From contig JBDZWC010000005.1 of assembly GCA_040256005.1 (NCBI GenBank), positions 1 to 50,250 on the forward strand: a DNA stretch of 50,250 bases, read 5' to 3'. Position numbers and translations under genes: made by a program. Under the pieces are notes generated by a model. The model had not been told where the DNA came from and searched no databases. It saw only the letters and a list, made by a program, of their open reading frames with translations. Source of the DNA: Deinococcaceae bacterium. GTDB taxonomy: Bacteria > Deinococcota > Deinococci > Deinococcales > Trueperaceae. Below are positions 1-10,186 of this stretch, piece after piece; the stretch's first letter is position 1, and every line of letters starts with the position of its first letter.

Positions 1-679
1 CGTAGTCCATGTCGGAGCCACCCAGGTGCGTGTCACCCGCGGTGGACCTGACCTCGAACACGCCGTCGCCCACCTCGAGCACCGAGACGTCGAACGTCCC
101 GCCGCCCAGGTCGAAGACCAGCACGGTCTCGTTCCCCTTCTTGTCCAGGCCGTAGGCGAGTGCCGCCGCGGTGGGCTCGTTGACGATGCGCAGCACCTCG
201 AGGCCGGCGACCTTGCCGGCGTTCTGGGTGGCTTCGCGCTGCGAGTTGTTGAAGTACGCGGGCACCGTGATCACGGCCTTCGTGATCTTCTCGCCCAGCT
301 TCTCGCTGGCGTCGTCCACGAGCTTCCTCAGGACCATCGCCGAGACCTCTTCGGGCGTGTACTGCTTGTCGCCCACGACGAACCTCACGCCGCCGTCCGA
401 GCCCTTCACGACCTCGTAGGGGGCGCGCTCGGCCTCCGCCTCGATCTCGTCCCAGGTCCTGCCGATGAAACGCTTGACCTCGAACAACGTGCCTCTGGGG
501 TTGAGTACCGCCTGTCTCTTGGCCACCTGTCCTACCAGGCGCTGGTCGTCCTTGAACGCCACCACGGACGGCGTGGTCCGGTTGCCCTCGGAGTTCACCA
601 GGACGACTGGCTCGCCGCCCTCTATGACGGCGATCACGCTGTTCGTAGTGCCCAAATCGATGCCTACGGCTTTTGCCAT
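1..679 (-). CDS. dnaK: Molecular chaperone DnaK (Hsp70), N-terminal part; runs off window start
   Basis: Hand-translated minus strand from ATG 679: [14 protein letters not shown]...[12 protein letters not shown]...[10 protein letters not shown]...[13 protein letters not shown]...[12 protein letters not shown] (Hsp70 signatures). Absent from the ORF track because it is truncated. Confidence 0.98.
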   Translation of the reverse strand, partial: MAKAVGIDLGTTNSVIAVIEGGEPVVLVNSEGNRTTPSVVAFKDDQRLVGQVAKRQAVLNPRGTLFEVKRFIGRTWDEIEAEAERAPYEVVKGSDGGVRFVVGDKQYTPEEVSAMVLRKLVDDASEKLGEKITKAVITVPAYFNNSQREATQNAGKVAGLEVLRIVNEPTAAALAYGLDKKGNETVLVFDLGGGTFDVSVLEVGDGVFEVRSTAGDTHLGGSDMDY

Positions 680-798
680 GTCTGTCGTCTCCTCTAGAAG
701 GAATCAGCCTCGTGATGCGCCCGTCACGCCGAACGTGCCTGAAGTACACCGCGGCACCAAAACTATGCGGCGCAGGCGCAGCCTCACGTCTGCCTGCT

Positions 799-828
799 AG
801 TATAGGAGTTTCCGCATTGCGATGTCAA
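799..828 (-). promoter_or_regulatory. sigma70-type promoter of dnaK
   Basis: Minus strand TTGACA (828-823), N18, TATACT (804-799) in an AT-rich patch upstream of dnaK. Confidence 0.75.
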
Positions 829-832
829 CAGA

Positions 833-853
833 TGTGAGTCTGGTTATATCAAG
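833..853. promoter_or_regulatory. HAIR-like (HspR) operator
   Basis: TGTGAGT-N7-TATCAAG versus consensus CTTGAGT-N7-ACTCAAG (10/14), just upstream of the dnaK -35. Confidence 0.55.
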
Positions 854-923
854 TTTCTTTCGATGTGTGGCAGTTCGGTCCGAACGGCCAGCGAGCGGTC
901 GGCCGGTCCAGGCGTCCCGGTCC

Positions 924-2420
924 CTAGGGCCCTTCCCTGTCGTACCAGCGCTGGCCGTGCTGGACCGCGAACGGCCGGCCCGTCGCGTCGAGGTGGAAGC
1001 GCCCGGCGTCCCAGGCGCCCTGATCGCCCACGATGACGAACTCGAGCGTCCCCTCTTCTTCCGCTTCGGGCAGCAGCGCCACGCGTCCGATGCGCTCCCT
1101 GTCGTCACCGGAGTACGCCACGAGGTAACTGCCGTCGGCCTCGTCGCCGGGGGTGCCAGCGCCGGCGTCCAGGTACGGCTGCGGCACCAGCTCCAAGCGG
1201 CCCCACGGCTCCCCGGAGGAGTAGACGCCTGCGTACGGGCCCAGCTCGGCCTCCACCGCGCTCGGTCCCGCCCACAGTGGCTCATGGCCGGCGCCGTACG
1301 GCGGAGCGTCCACGGCCTCTCCCAGGGCGAGGTTCACCGCTCCGTGCCAGGCCCGCAGCGCTGGTGCGCCGTCTAAGTTCATGAGCACGGCCACCCCGAG
1401 GCCCAGTTCCGGTACGAAGCCCTGGCAGGTAGCCACGCCCTTGAGCGAGCCGCCGTGGCGCACGATCGTCGCGTCGCCGTGTGACCGCACGGACCAGCCG
1501 AGAGCGTAGCCGCCGCCCGGTTGCGACCAGGCTCGCGCCGTGGTGAGCTGCGCCATCCGCTCCGGGGTAAGGCCCAGGGCCGCTCCGTCACCAGCCGCCA
1601 TGAACGAGAGGTACTTGCCGAGATCCGAGGCGCTCGACTTGAGCATCCCGGTGCCCAGGTACGCCGGTGCTCGGCTCCACGCGGGCGAACGCACCACGCC
1701 GTCCGGGGTGCGCGTGTACAGGACCGCGTGGTCTCCGCCGGACCTCGCCTCTGCCACGTCGAAGGTGGTCGACGACATGTCTAGCGGTCCCAGCACCGCG
1801 GCCCCGAGTACCTCGGGGAACGGCCTGCCGGTGACGCGCTCGATGGCGGCCCCCACTAGCGCCACGCACTCGTTGGAGTAGCTCACGACCTTGCCTGGAC
1901 GGTTCAGCGGCTGCCGCTCGCCCGCCCGCATGTACGCCATGAGGGCGTCGTAGGAGCTCACGTCGGGGTCGTCGTCTATGCGCCGCGCGTAGTGGGCGTG
2001 GGCCGCATCGCCCACCTGATCCGGTCTCAGCGCGTAGTCGAGGGCACGCAAAGGCGGCACTCCCGTGGTGTGGCTCAGCATGTGCCACAAGCGCACGGGC
2101 TCGGCGTCCGAGCCAAGCCCGAGGTACCCGAACTCGGGCAGGTGGACCGACACGGGATCGTCGAGAGACCACAAGCCCTGCGACTCGAGGACCAACGCCG
2201 CCAGCGCGGTGAACGACTTGCTGAGCGACGCCAAGCCGAAGACCGTTCCGGGTCCGGCGGGGAGCCGCGCCTCGCGGTCGCGCCAGCCGAGACCACGCTG
2301 GTAGACGACCTCGCCGCCCCACGTGACGCAGGCTGCGGCGCCCGGCACCTGGGCCTGAGCGACGACCTGCGTCAGGTGCGCGTCGAAGTCCTTCAACCAG
2401 TCCGCCGGCGTGCGCGTCAT
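924..2420 (-). CDS. Serine hydrolase, beta-lactamase class C/AmpC-like family
   Basis: SxxK (SLSK), LSHTTG, YSN and HGG motifs; no signal peptide. Confidence 0.88.
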   Translation of the reverse strand: MTRTPADWLKDFDAHLTQVVAQAQVPGAAACVTWGGEVVYQRGLGWRDREARLPAGPGTVFGLASLSKSFTALAALVLESQGLWSLDDPVSVHLPEFGYLGLGSDAEPVRLWHMLSHTTGVPPLRALDYALRPDQVGDAAHAHYARRIDDDPDVSSYDALMAYMRAGERQPLNRPGKVVSYSNECVALVGAAIERVTGRPFPEVLGAAVLGPLDMSSTTFDVAEARSGGDHAVLYTRTPDGVVRSPAWSRAPAYLGTGMLKSSASDLGKYLSFMAAGDGAALGLTPERMAQLTTARAWSQPGGGYALGWSVRSHGDATIVRHGGSLKGVATCQGFVPELGLGVAVLMNLDGAPALRAWHGAVNLALGEAVDAPPYGAGHEPLWAGPSAVEAELGPYAGVYSSGEPWGRLELVPQPYLDAGAGTPGDEADGSYLVAYSGDDRERIGRVALLPEAEEEGTLEFVIVGDQGAWDAGRFHLDATGRPFAVQHGQRWYDREGP

Positions 2421-2491
2421 GGGTCCTCGCTCCTGGCCTCAGCCCGCATGTCCGCGGAGTCTAACGTGTGGCCTGGGCGTATCCTGGCCCC

Positions 2492-3700
2492 ATGACCCGC
2501 AGCGACGTGATCGTGGTCGGGGCAGGCATCGTCGGCCTGGCCACGGCTCACGCACTACTGAACAGACGACCCGGCCTCACGGTGACGGTCCTCGACAAGG
2601 AGGCGGCGCTCGCCCGCCATCAGACGAGCCACAACTCCGGCGTCGTCCACTCGGGCATCTACTACCGGCCCGGCAGCCTGAGGGCCCGCCTGTGCGTGTC
2701 GGGCGTGGCCCGGCTGCGCGAGTTCTGCGCCGCCCACGACCTGCCCTACCAGGAGGTAGGCAAGGTCGTCGTGGCCACCGACGCCAGCGAGCTTCCCCGG
2801 CTCGAGACGCTCTTCGACCGCGGCACAGCCAACGGCGTGCCCGACCTCGAGCTGGTCGACCAAGTACGGCTCAAGGAGATCGAGCCGCACGCCGCCGGGC
2901 TGCGGGCGATCTACTCGCCGCGCACCGCGATCGCGGACTTCCCGGCCGTGGCCGAGCGCCTGGCCGAGCTGTTCCAGGCGGCTGGCGGCGAGGTGAGGCT
3001 CGGGGTACGGGTCGAGGGCATGAAGGCGACCGGCTCCGGCGTGACCGTCTCGACCGATCACGGCCCGCTGGAGACTCGGTACGTGATCACGTGCGCGGGC
3101 GTTCAGGCCGACCGCATCGCGAGGCAGGCCGGCGCCGACGTGTCCGACGTCAGGATCGTGCCGTTCCGCGGCGAGTACTACCTGCTGCGCCAGGAGCGCC
3201 AGCACCTGGTGAAGGGCCTCATCTACCCGGTGCCGGACCCGGCGCTGCCCTTCCTCGGCGTCCACCTCACGCGGACCGTGCACGGCGAGGTGGAGGCCGG
3301 GCCGAACGCCGTCTTCGCCCTCTCGCGCGACGGCTACGGCGCCTTCGACGTGCGTCTGGCCGACGTCGCCGACGCCGTCGCGTTCCCAGGGCTGTGGACG
3401 ATGGCGACGAAGTTCTGGCGCGTGGGGGCGTACGAGCTGTACCGCTCCTTCTCGAAGACGGCCTTCGTCGAGGCGCTCCAGAGGTTGGTGCCGGAGCTGA
3501 ACATGGCCGACGTCCACCGCGGCGGCTCGGGCGTGAGAGCGCAGGCTCTCGGCAAGGACGGCAAGCTGCTCGACGACTTCGTGATCCGCGAGAGCGAGAG
3601 GGCGCTGCACGTCATCAACGCGCCCTCACCGGCGGCCACGGCCAGCCTGGCGATCGCCGAGCACCTGGTGGACCAGGCTCTGGGCAGCTTCGGGATCTGA
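2492..3700 (+). CDS. lhgO: L-2-hydroxyglutarate oxidase (FAD-dependent)
   Basis: GAGIVG, HQTSHNSGVVHSGIYY, IVPFRGEYY, IYPVPDP, FLGVH, GVRAQAL, NAPSPAATASLAI; ATG 2492 preceded by TATCCT-N6. Confidence 0.92.
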   Translation: MTRSDVIVVGAGIVGLATAHALLNRRPGLTVTVLDKEAALARHQTSHNSGVVHSGIYYRPGSLRARLCVSGVARLREFCAAHDLPYQEVGKVVVATDASELPRLETLFDRGTANGVPDLELVDQVRLKEIEPHAAGLRAIYSPRTAIADFPAVAERLAELFQAAGGEVRLGVRVEGMKATGSGVTVSTDHGPLETRYVITCAGVQADRIARQAGADVSDVRIVPFRGEYYLLRQERQHLVKGLIYPVPDPALPFLGVHLTRTVHGEVEAGPNAVFALSRDGYGAFDVRLADVADAVAFPGLWTMATKFWRVGAYELYRSFSKTAFVEALQRLVPELNMADVHRGGSGVRAQALGKDGKLLDDFVIRESERALHVINAPSPAATASLAIAEHLVDQALGSFGI

Positions 3701-3786
3701 AGCTCTGACATCGCTCACGCCATGACGGCGCGTCGCGGCCTCGTCCCGCGGCTGCGCGACGCACAGCCCGGATCTGTGCCGCGAGG

Positions 3787-5571
3787 CTAGGGGGCCACCG
3801 GCTCCCACAGGGGCACGAGGGTCCCGCCGGCGACGTCGACCAGGCCCAGGTCGGTGAGCTTGAGCTCCGGTACCACCGCTAGGCCGAGGAAGCTGAGCGC
3901 CATGAACGGCGACGGCAGCGTGACCCCCAGCCTCTCAGCGGCGACGTGCAAAGCGTCGAGGGCGGCCGCCACGTCCGCCAGCGGCGCATCCGTCACGAGG
4001 CCCGCCAGCGGCAGGGCGAGCTCGGCGAGGACCTGGCCGCCGGCCACGGCGATCAACCCTCCACCCAGCTCCCCCAGCCTGTTGCAGGCGAGGGCCATGT
4101 CCCCATCGTCGACGCCTACCGTCAGCAGGTTGTGATGGTCGTGCCCAACGCTCGAGGCGAGCGCCCCCCGCTGCAGACCGAACCCCTTCGCGAAGCCGAC
4201 CGCCACGCCGCCGTTCCTGCCGTGCCGCTCCGCGCAGGCAAGCTTGGCCAGGTCCCTGTCCGGGTCGGCCGTCGCCTGGCCGTCCCTGACGGTGGGGGCC
4301 ATCAGCTCCGAGCGCGTGACGATCTGGTTCGGTAGCGCCACCACGCACCGGGCCACGTCGCCGTGGCCGGGAGCCTCGACCACGAGGTCCCGCGCCGAGA
4401 GCCGGCGCGCCTTGACCGAGTTCCGCAGCCTCGTGTCGTCGACGAGGCCCATCCTCTGCGGGTGCGCGGTGAGGCTCCCGCCTGCGGCGACGAGCGAACC
4501 GTCCTTGTAGACCCGCTGCGCCTTCAGGTCGCTCAGCGAGTCGGTGACGACCAGATCGGCGAAGTAGCCGGCCGCGACGGCGCCGCGCCTGTCCAGACGG
4601 AAGTGCAGGGCGTGGTTGTAGCTGGCGCACCTGAGCGCGTAGGCGGGGTCCGCCCCGCCCGCGATGGCGCCCCTGACGACGTGATCCACGCCACCCTCGG
4701 CGAGCAGGTCGTGGGGGAGCCGGTCGTCGGTGACGAGGCCGACCCGGTCGGCGTGCCGCTGGTCGATGAGCGGCAGCAAGGCAGCGAGGTCGCGCGTGAC
4801 CGATCCCTCACGCACCATGAGGTACATGCCGGCGCGGAGCTTCTCCAGGCCCTCCTCGAGCGTGGTGGCCTCGTGGTCCGAGGACACCCCTGCGGCCAGG
4901 TAGGCCTGCAGCCCACGGCCCGAGAGCCCAGGCGAATGACCCTCGGCGGGCATGCCGGCGCCCTCGGCGAGTCCCACCTTCGCGAGCGTAGCGGCGTCGC
5001 CCGCCACGACGTCTGGGAAGCTCATGACCTCCGCGACACCGACGACCCGAGGATGGGACAGCAGCCGCGCCATCTCGGGCAGCCCGAACTCGGCCCCGAC
5101 GGTCTCGAGGGCGGTGCTGGGCACGCACGACGGAACCGTGACCCACACGTCGAGGGGCAGGCCGTCGGCAGCGGCGAGCAGCCAAGCGACGCCCTCCTCG
5201 CCGGCCACGTTGGCCAACTCGTGTGGGTCGCAGACGACCCCGGTGACGCCCCGAGGGACCACGACCTCCGCGAAGGAGGCTGGTGTGACCAGGGCGGACT
5301 CGATGTGGACGTGGCCGTCTATGAGGCCCGGCAGAACGTACGAGCCGGAGACGTCCACCACCTGCCTGGCGCCCGACAGACCCTCGCCCACCGCCGCGAT
5401 CAGCCGACCGGCGACCAGGACGTCGGCGCGCCTCACCTCGCACGTCAACACGTCGACGACCTGCCCCCCTGTGAGGAGCAGGTCGCCCGCCTCTCTACCG
5501 GCCGCCACCGCCACCGCGGTCGCGACCTCTTCTGCTGTGGGTAGGGTCGGAGCCCGGCCGGCCCTGGGCAC
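3787..5571 (-). CDS. ade: Adenine deaminase (amidohydrolase)
   Basis: PGLIDGHVHIES, DPHELANV, PSCVP, SDHE, REGS, VTDD, SSVGHDHHN, PFMALSFLGLAVVPELKLTDLGL. Confidence 0.92.
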   Translation of the reverse strand: MPRAGRAPTLPTAEEVATAVAVAAGREAGDLLLTGGQVVDVLTCEVRRADVLVAGRLIAAVGEGLSGARQVVDVSGSYVLPGLIDGHVHIESALVTPASFAEVVVPRGVTGVVCDPHELANVAGEEGVAWLLAAADGLPLDVWVTVPSCVPSTALETVGAEFGLPEMARLLSHPRVVGVAEVMSFPDVVAGDAATLAKVGLAEGAGMPAEGHSPGLSGRGLQAYLAAGVSSDHEATTLEEGLEKLRAGMYLMVREGSVTRDLAALLPLIDQRHADRVGLVTDDRLPHDLLAEGGVDHVVRGAIAGGADPAYALRCASYNHALHFRLDRRGAVAAGYFADLVVTDSLSDLKAQRVYKDGSLVAAGGSLTAHPQRMGLVDDTRLRNSVKARRLSARDLVVEAPGHGDVARCVVALPNQIVTRSELMAPTVRDGQATADPDRDLAKLACAERHGRNGGVAVGFAKGFGLQRGALASSVGHDHHNLLTVGVDDGDMALACNRLGELGGGLIAVAGGQVLAELALPLAGLVTDAPLADVAAALDALHVAAERLGVTLPSPFMALSFLGLAVVPELKLTDLGLVDVAGGTLVPLWEPVAP

Positions 5572-5580
5572 CGCTCTAGC

Positions 5581-6171
5581 TCACTGACCTGCCAGCGGCG
5601 AGGTGCTCTTGGCGTCCTTGCGAGCGTAGTAGGGGTTCTCGCCGGCGTCGTGGTCGGTGGCGTCGGCCACACGGGTTATCTCGGTCACCTGCTCGCGGAT
5701 GATGCGGTCAACGCCCTGTTTGAGCGTGACGTCGGCCGCGCCGCAGCCCTGGCAACCACCGCCGAAGCGGATGTAGGCGACGCCGTCCTGGACGCCCTCC
5801 AGCGCGACGTTGCCGCCGTGGCTGGCCACGCCCGGGTTGATGAACTGGTCGAGGACGTCCTGCACCTTCTGGGCCACGGGGTCGTCCCACTTGGGGCTGG
5901 GGAAGAACACCTTGAAGCCCGACTGCATGACGCCTTCTACGAAGTCGACGGTGGCGCCATCGAGCGCCTTGGCGCTGAGCGGGTCCAGGTACACCTCGAA
6001 AGAGCCCTCGTCCTGGACGCGGTCGTTCTTCTGCCTGTCGGAGGACTTGACGAGCCAGAGCCGCTGCTCGGCCCGGGTGCCGGCGATCCTGAGCGCCCCC
6101 ACGTCCTGCGCGGCTTGCGCCTGCATGAACTTGAGGACGCGCTGCTTCGCGAGGTCTGTGAAGGTCAGCAT
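5581..6171 (-). CDS. nfuA: NfuA-like Fe-S cluster carrier (degenerate A-type domain + NifU domain)
   Basis: INPGVASHGG...FGGGCQGCGAADVTLKQGV...DATDH; N-terminal HesB-like domain (LDGATVDFVEG). Confidence 0.85.
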   Translation of the reverse strand: MLTFTDLAKQRVLKFMQAQAAQDVGALRIAGTRAEQRLWLVKSSDRQKNDRVQDEGSFEVYLDPLSAKALDGATVDFVEGVMQSGFKVFFPSPKWDDPVAQKVQDVLDQFINPGVASHGGNVALEGVQDGVAYIRFGGGCQGCGAADVTLKQGVDRIIREQVTEITRVADATDHDAGENPYYARKDAKSTSPLAGQ

Positions 6172-6191
6172 GACGCCATCACGTTATCAGT

Positions 6192-6232
6192 AAAGGAAAG
6201 CCCCCCGAGGTGTCGCATGTTCCTCAGGGGGC
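6192..6232 (-). terminator. Intrinsic terminator after the Crp/Fnr gene
   Basis: Minus strand GCCCCCTGAGG-loop-CCTCGGGGGGC followed by TTTCCTTT. Confidence 0.65.
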
Positions 6233-6258
6233 CCCGTTCGCGTCTGGCCTGGAGCGCT

Positions 6259-6942
6259 CTACAGCACCTGCATGACGTACTGGTCCGTGGCGCGTTCCAG
6301 GCCGTCCATGTCCGCGACGTACACGCCGCGGGTGCCCGAGAGGGCGCCGTCGTTGCGCAGCTCGCCGAGGATGCGCGTGATGGTCACGCGGCTGGAGCCC
6401 GTGAGGTCAGCCAGGTCCTCGTGCGTGAGCGCCAGCGGCAGCTTGACCGCGCCGCTCTGGTCGTCAGACGGCAGGCCGAACTGCTTGGCGAGCCGCAGGA
6501 AGGCGCGGGTCACGCGAGCGCCGACGGGCATCTCGGCCTCGTCCAGCATCTCGCGGGAGCGCCTCAGCTGACGGGCGAGGCTGCGGAGCACGTAGTCGCG
6601 CAAGCCGCGGTCGTTCATGGCCTGTTGCGGGTCGATGGGTGTGAGGCAGGCGTCGTGGACGGCAACGACCGTCTCGGCATGCTTGCCGCCGTCCAGGGCG
6701 CTGAGGCCTAGCACGTCTCCGGGGCCGTACAGGTCCGCGATGCGATCGCGGCCGAGGCTGGTGGGAACGACGGCCTTGAGCACGCCGTGGTTCACGACGT
6801 AGAGGCTGGCGGCTTCACGGTCTGCCTCGTAGAGGACCTGACCTGGTTCGAGCGTGCGGGTAGGCAGGGCCAGTCCGGTTGGGACGATGCCTGGTGCTTC
6901 GCAACCGCTCGGCGTCTCGAGTGCTTCGAACGTGTCGAGCAT
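6259..6942 (-). CDS. Crp/Fnr family transcriptional regulator
   Basis: cNMP-type beta-barrel (LYVVNHGVLK, GPGDVLG) plus C-terminal HTH LTHEDLADLTGSSRVTITRIL. Confidence 0.9.
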   Translation of the reverse strand: MLDTFEALETPSGCEAPGIVPTGLALPTRTLEPGQVLYEADREAASLYVVNHGVLKAVVPTSLGRDRIADLYGPGDVLGLSALDGGKHAETVVAVHDACLTPIDPQQAMNDRGLRDYVLRSLARQLRRSREMLDEAEMPVGARVTRAFLRLAKQFGLPSDDQSGAVKLPLALTHEDLADLTGSSRVTITRILGELRNDGALSGTRGVYVADMDGLERATDQYVMQVL

Positions 6943-7185
6943 GGTTGACTTCCTTTCTCGTCACACGGGCGCGGCACTTGCGGCCGGCCGACGATGTCTG
7001 GGTGGCTGCTACCCGCAGAGCCGCGCGGGGCAACTACAAAAACTATAGCACCCAGACCCACATATGTCCATACTCGTAAGGGGCCGTGATAGCGCGATGA
7101 GGAGCGTTCTGGACGGGCTTCCTCGCATCGGGCCGGTGGCTCGGCCCCAGTGCGCCGCATGAGCCAAAGTTAACTCTCTTCACAT

Positions 7186-7215
7186 TTGACACATCTATGG
7201 CGTACACCTTACCAT
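7186..7215 (+). promoter_or_regulatory. Promoter of lexA, probably leaderless
   Basis: TTGACA 7186-7191, N18, TACCAT 7210-7215, 7 nt, ATG 7223; no Shine-Dalgarno. Confidence 0.65.
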
Positions 7216-7222
7216 TTTAGGC

Positions 7223-7858
7223 ATGAGCGCAGGCAGCGGCGGCGGGTCCTTGACCCCCACACAGGAGCGGGTCTACACCCGCCTGATCGAGCATCAGAGG
7301 CGCACGGGCCGCCTGCCGGACCTCTCGGACATGGCCCGGTCGCTCGGCATCCACTACGTGTCGCTGCGGCAGCACCTCGAGGCGTTGCGCAAGAAGGGTT
7401 ACCTGGAGTTCGAGAGCCGCGGCCGCGGCCGGTCCCCGCATCTCTCCCTCCCGGCTCAGGCCACGGGCGTGCCGGTGCTGGGCGACATCCCGGCCGGCCC
7501 TTTCGACGCCGCGATCGCCCATCCCGAGGCCTACCTGCCGCTGCCGGGCCTCACGCAGGCCAGCTTCGCCCTACGCGTGCGCGGCGACTCCATGGCGGAT
7601 CTCATCCAACCGGGTGACGTCGTGCTCCTCGCACGGCGCCAGCCGACCCGTGACAACGAGATCTGCGCCGTCAGGGTCGAGGAGGAGGACGCCACGCTCA
7701 AGTACGTCAGGCGCCTCCCCGGCGGCCAGATGCAACTGGTCCCCCACAACGACTCGTATCCCACCATGACGGTGCCGGCGGCAGAGGTCAGCCTCGACGG
7801 CGTGTACCTGGGCTTGCTGAGGGGCAGCGCGGCGGACTCCTTGCTGGAGCCCGCGTAG
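7223..7858 (+). CDS. lexA: LexA-family repressor (S24 autopeptidase)
   Basis: N-terminal wHTH (LTPTQ...HLEALRKKGYL), VPVLGDIPAG with Ala-Gly cleavage site, VRGDSM (Ser), ATLK (Lys). Confidence 0.88.
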   Translation: MSAGSGGGSLTPTQERVYTRLIEHQRRTGRLPDLSDMARSLGIHYVSLRQHLEALRKKGYLEFESRGRGRSPHLSLPAQATGVPVLGDIPAGPFDAAIAHPEAYLPLPGLTQASFALRVRGDSMADLIQPGDVVLLARRQPTRDNEICAVRVEEEDATLKYVRRLPGGQMQLVPHNDSYPTMTVPAAEVSLDGVYLGLLRGSAADSLLEPA

Positions 7859-7893
7859 ACGTCGCTACCTGACCCCTCGAGGGCCTCCGCCCG

Positions 7894-9123
7894 TCAGCGG
7901 ACCGTGGCCGGGCGCACCGCCGCACCTCTGGCCAGCAGCGCCTCCACCTGTCCAGCATCCATGCCGGCCTCTGAGGTCAGCACCTCGAACGTGTGCTCTC
8001 CCAGCAGTGGGGGCACCGGAGCGCCACCGTCCGGGGGCCTGAGACCCAGGTCTTCTCCGCCCGGTCCGGCAGCGAACCACAGCGGGCTCGCCACCATGGG
8101 CACCGCGCCTGCGGTGGGGTGCTCACCGCGGATCACGGCGCCGCGGGTCCGCGCCTGAGCGTCGTGGAAGGTCTCGGGCAGCGTCAGCACCGGCGTGGCC
8201 GGCACACCGACGCGTGAGCAGGCCTGGATGAGGTCGTCCCGCGCCCACTGCGCCACGCGGCCGGCCAGCAGCGGCACCAGTACCTCCCTGTTCGCCACCC
8301 TGCCGTCGTTGGTGGCGTAGCGCTCGTCGGTGGCCAGTTCGGGCAGCCCCAGCACCTCGCACAGCTTCGCGAACTGCCTGTCGTTACCGACCGCCAGGGC
8401 CAGGCCACCGTCGGCCGCCTCGAACGCTTGGTAGGGCACGATCGTCGGGTGCCCGCTGCCGTGGCGCTCGGGCGCGTCGCCGGTGAGCAGCACGGACTGA
8501 GCCTGGTTCACCAGGCTGGCCAGGGCGACGTCGAGCAGGGAGACGTCGAGATGCGCACCTTGACCCGTCGCCTCGGCGCGGCGCAGCGCCGCCAGAACCC
8601 CGAACGCGGCGTGTACGCCCGTGAGCACGTCTATGAACGCCACGGGCAGCTTCACCGGGCCCCTGCCCGCCTCGCCCGTCATCGCCATGACGCCGGACAG
8701 CGCCTGCAGCGCCCCGTCGTAGCCGGGCTCCTTGGCCCTGGGCCCGGTCTGTCCGAAGCCGGTGATCGAGACGTAGACGACCTTGGGGTTGCGGGCAGCG
8801 ACGCTCTCGTAGTCCAAGCCGTACCTGGCCAGGTCGCCGACCTTGAAGTTCTCGACGATCACGTCCGCCTTCTCGGCGAGGCGGCCGATGGCCCTGGCAG
8901 CCTCCTCGTCCTTGAGGTCGACGGCCAGGCTCCGCTTGCCGCGGTTGACGGAGAGGTAGTAACCCGACTCTCCGCCCACGTACGGCGGGCCCCAGCGCCG
9001 GGTGTCGTCACCCGCTGGGGACTCCACCTTGATCACGTCGGCTCCCATGTCGGCCAGCAGCTGTGTGCAGTAGGGGCCGGCGAGAACCCGGCTCAGGTCC
9101 AGGACCCTCACGTTCTCGAGCAT
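7894..9123 (-). CDS. CaiB/BaiF family III CoA-transferase
   Basis: VLDLSRVLAGPYCTQLLADMGADVIKVE, NRGKRS, ITGFGQTGP, PGYD. Confidence 0.93.
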   Translation of the reverse strand: MLENVRVLDLSRVLAGPYCTQLLADMGADVIKVESPAGDDTRRWGPPYVGGESGYYLSVNRGKRSLAVDLKDEEAARAIGRLAEKADVIVENFKVGDLARYGLDYESVAARNPKVVYVSITGFGQTGPRAKEPGYDGALQALSGVMAMTGEAGRGPVKLPVAFIDVLTGVHAAFGVLAALRRAEATGQGAHLDVSLLDVALASLVNQAQSVLLTGDAPERHGSGHPTIVPYQAFEAADGGLALAVGNDRQFAKLCEVLGLPELATDERYATNDGRVANREVLVPLLAGRVAQWARDDLIQACSRVGVPATPVLTLPETFHDAQARTRGAVIRGEHPTAGAVPMVASPLWFAAGPGGEDLGLRPPDGGAPVPPLLGEHTFEVLTSEAGMDAGQVEALLARGAAVRPATVR

Positions 9124-9187
9124 CCGGTGAGTCTAGCCCCGTGGCCATGTGCTACCTTCGCTCCAGACCAACCAAGGGAGGAAACGC

Positions 9188-10159
9188 ATGCGTACCGTAC
9201 TTCGGTCGTTCGGCGCAGTCGCCGCAATCGCTCTCGGCACCGCATTCGCTCAGGTCCCGCTCTCGATCGCCACCGGTGGGACCGGCGGCGTGTACTACCC
9301 GACCGGGGGCGGCTACGCCCAGGTGATCGATCAGTTCGTCGACGGCTACACCGCCACAGTGGAAGCGACGAACGCCTCCGTCGACAACGTGGCGTTCATC
9401 TCCCGCGGCGACGCCGACCTGGCGCTGGCGCTGGCCGACACCGTGCTGGCCGCGTACCAGGGCACCGGGGACTTCGGTGAAGGCGGCACGCTGCCGCAGC
9501 TTCCGAACCTGCGGGCCATCACGGTCGCCTACACCAACGCCGTTCATGTGATCACGCGCGCTGATTCCGGGATCGACAGCCTCCAGGACCTGGTCGGCAA
9601 GCGGGTCTCGGTCGGGGCGCCCGGCTCCGGCACCGAGGTCTCCGCTCAGACGATCCTGGAGGCCGTGGGGATCTCCTACGACGACTTCACGGTCCAGCGA
9701 CTGGGCGCCAACGAGACCGCCGACGCGCTGAGGGACGGCGCCATCGACGCGGGCTTCTGGTCCGGCGGCTTGCCCACCGGCGCGGTCATGAGCCTGGCCG
9801 AGACCCACGACATCAAGCTCGTGGCGATCAGCGACGACGAGTACGAGCTGATCCATGCGGCCGACCCGACCCTGATCCGCTACACCTTCCCGGCCGACAG
9901 CTACAGAGGGATCGAAGAGACCCCGTCGATCGGCACGCCGAACCTCTTGATCGTGGCGGCAGAGATGGACGAGGAGCTGGCGTACCAGTTCACCAAAGCG
10001 CTCTTCGAGCACATCGATGTCGTGCGCGCCATCCACCCGTCTGCGAACGAGACGGTTCCCGAGACCGCGCTGGACTCCCCCATCCCGTTGCACCCCGGCG
10101 CCATCCGCTACTACGAGGAGATCGGGCTCGAGGTGCCCGACCGACTCCGCGCCGACTAG
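9188..10159 (+). CDS. TAXI-family TRAP transporter solute-binding protein
   Basis: Signal peptide; IATGGTGGVYYP, VSVGAPGSGTE, IPLHPGAIRYYEE; RBS GGAGG before ATG 9188. Confidence 0.93.
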   Translation: MRTVLRSFGAVAAIALGTAFAQVPLSIATGGTGGVYYPTGGGYAQVIDQFVDGYTATVEATNASVDNVAFISRGDADLALALADTVLAAYQGTGDFGEGGTLPQLPNLRAITVAYTNAVHVITRADSGIDSLQDLVGKRVSVGAPGSGTEVSAQTILEAVGISYDDFTVQRLGANETADALRDGAIDAGFWSGGLPTGAVMSLAETHDIKLVAISDDEYELIHAADPTLIRYTFPADSYRGIEETPSIGTPNLLIVAAEMDEELAYQFTKALFEHIDVVRAIHPSANETVPETALDSPIPLHPGAIRYYEEIGLEVPDRLRAD

Positions 10160-10186
10160 CCTCGGGCAGTAAACAGGTACCTCGAG

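Noticed and set aside
26..697. 223-aa plus-strand ORF
   Set aside because: Antisense shadow of dnaK, a well-known spurious ORF
924..2420. Antibiotic-resistance beta-lactamase
   Set aside because: No signal peptide; generic AmpC-fold esterase or peptidase, so resistance is not supported
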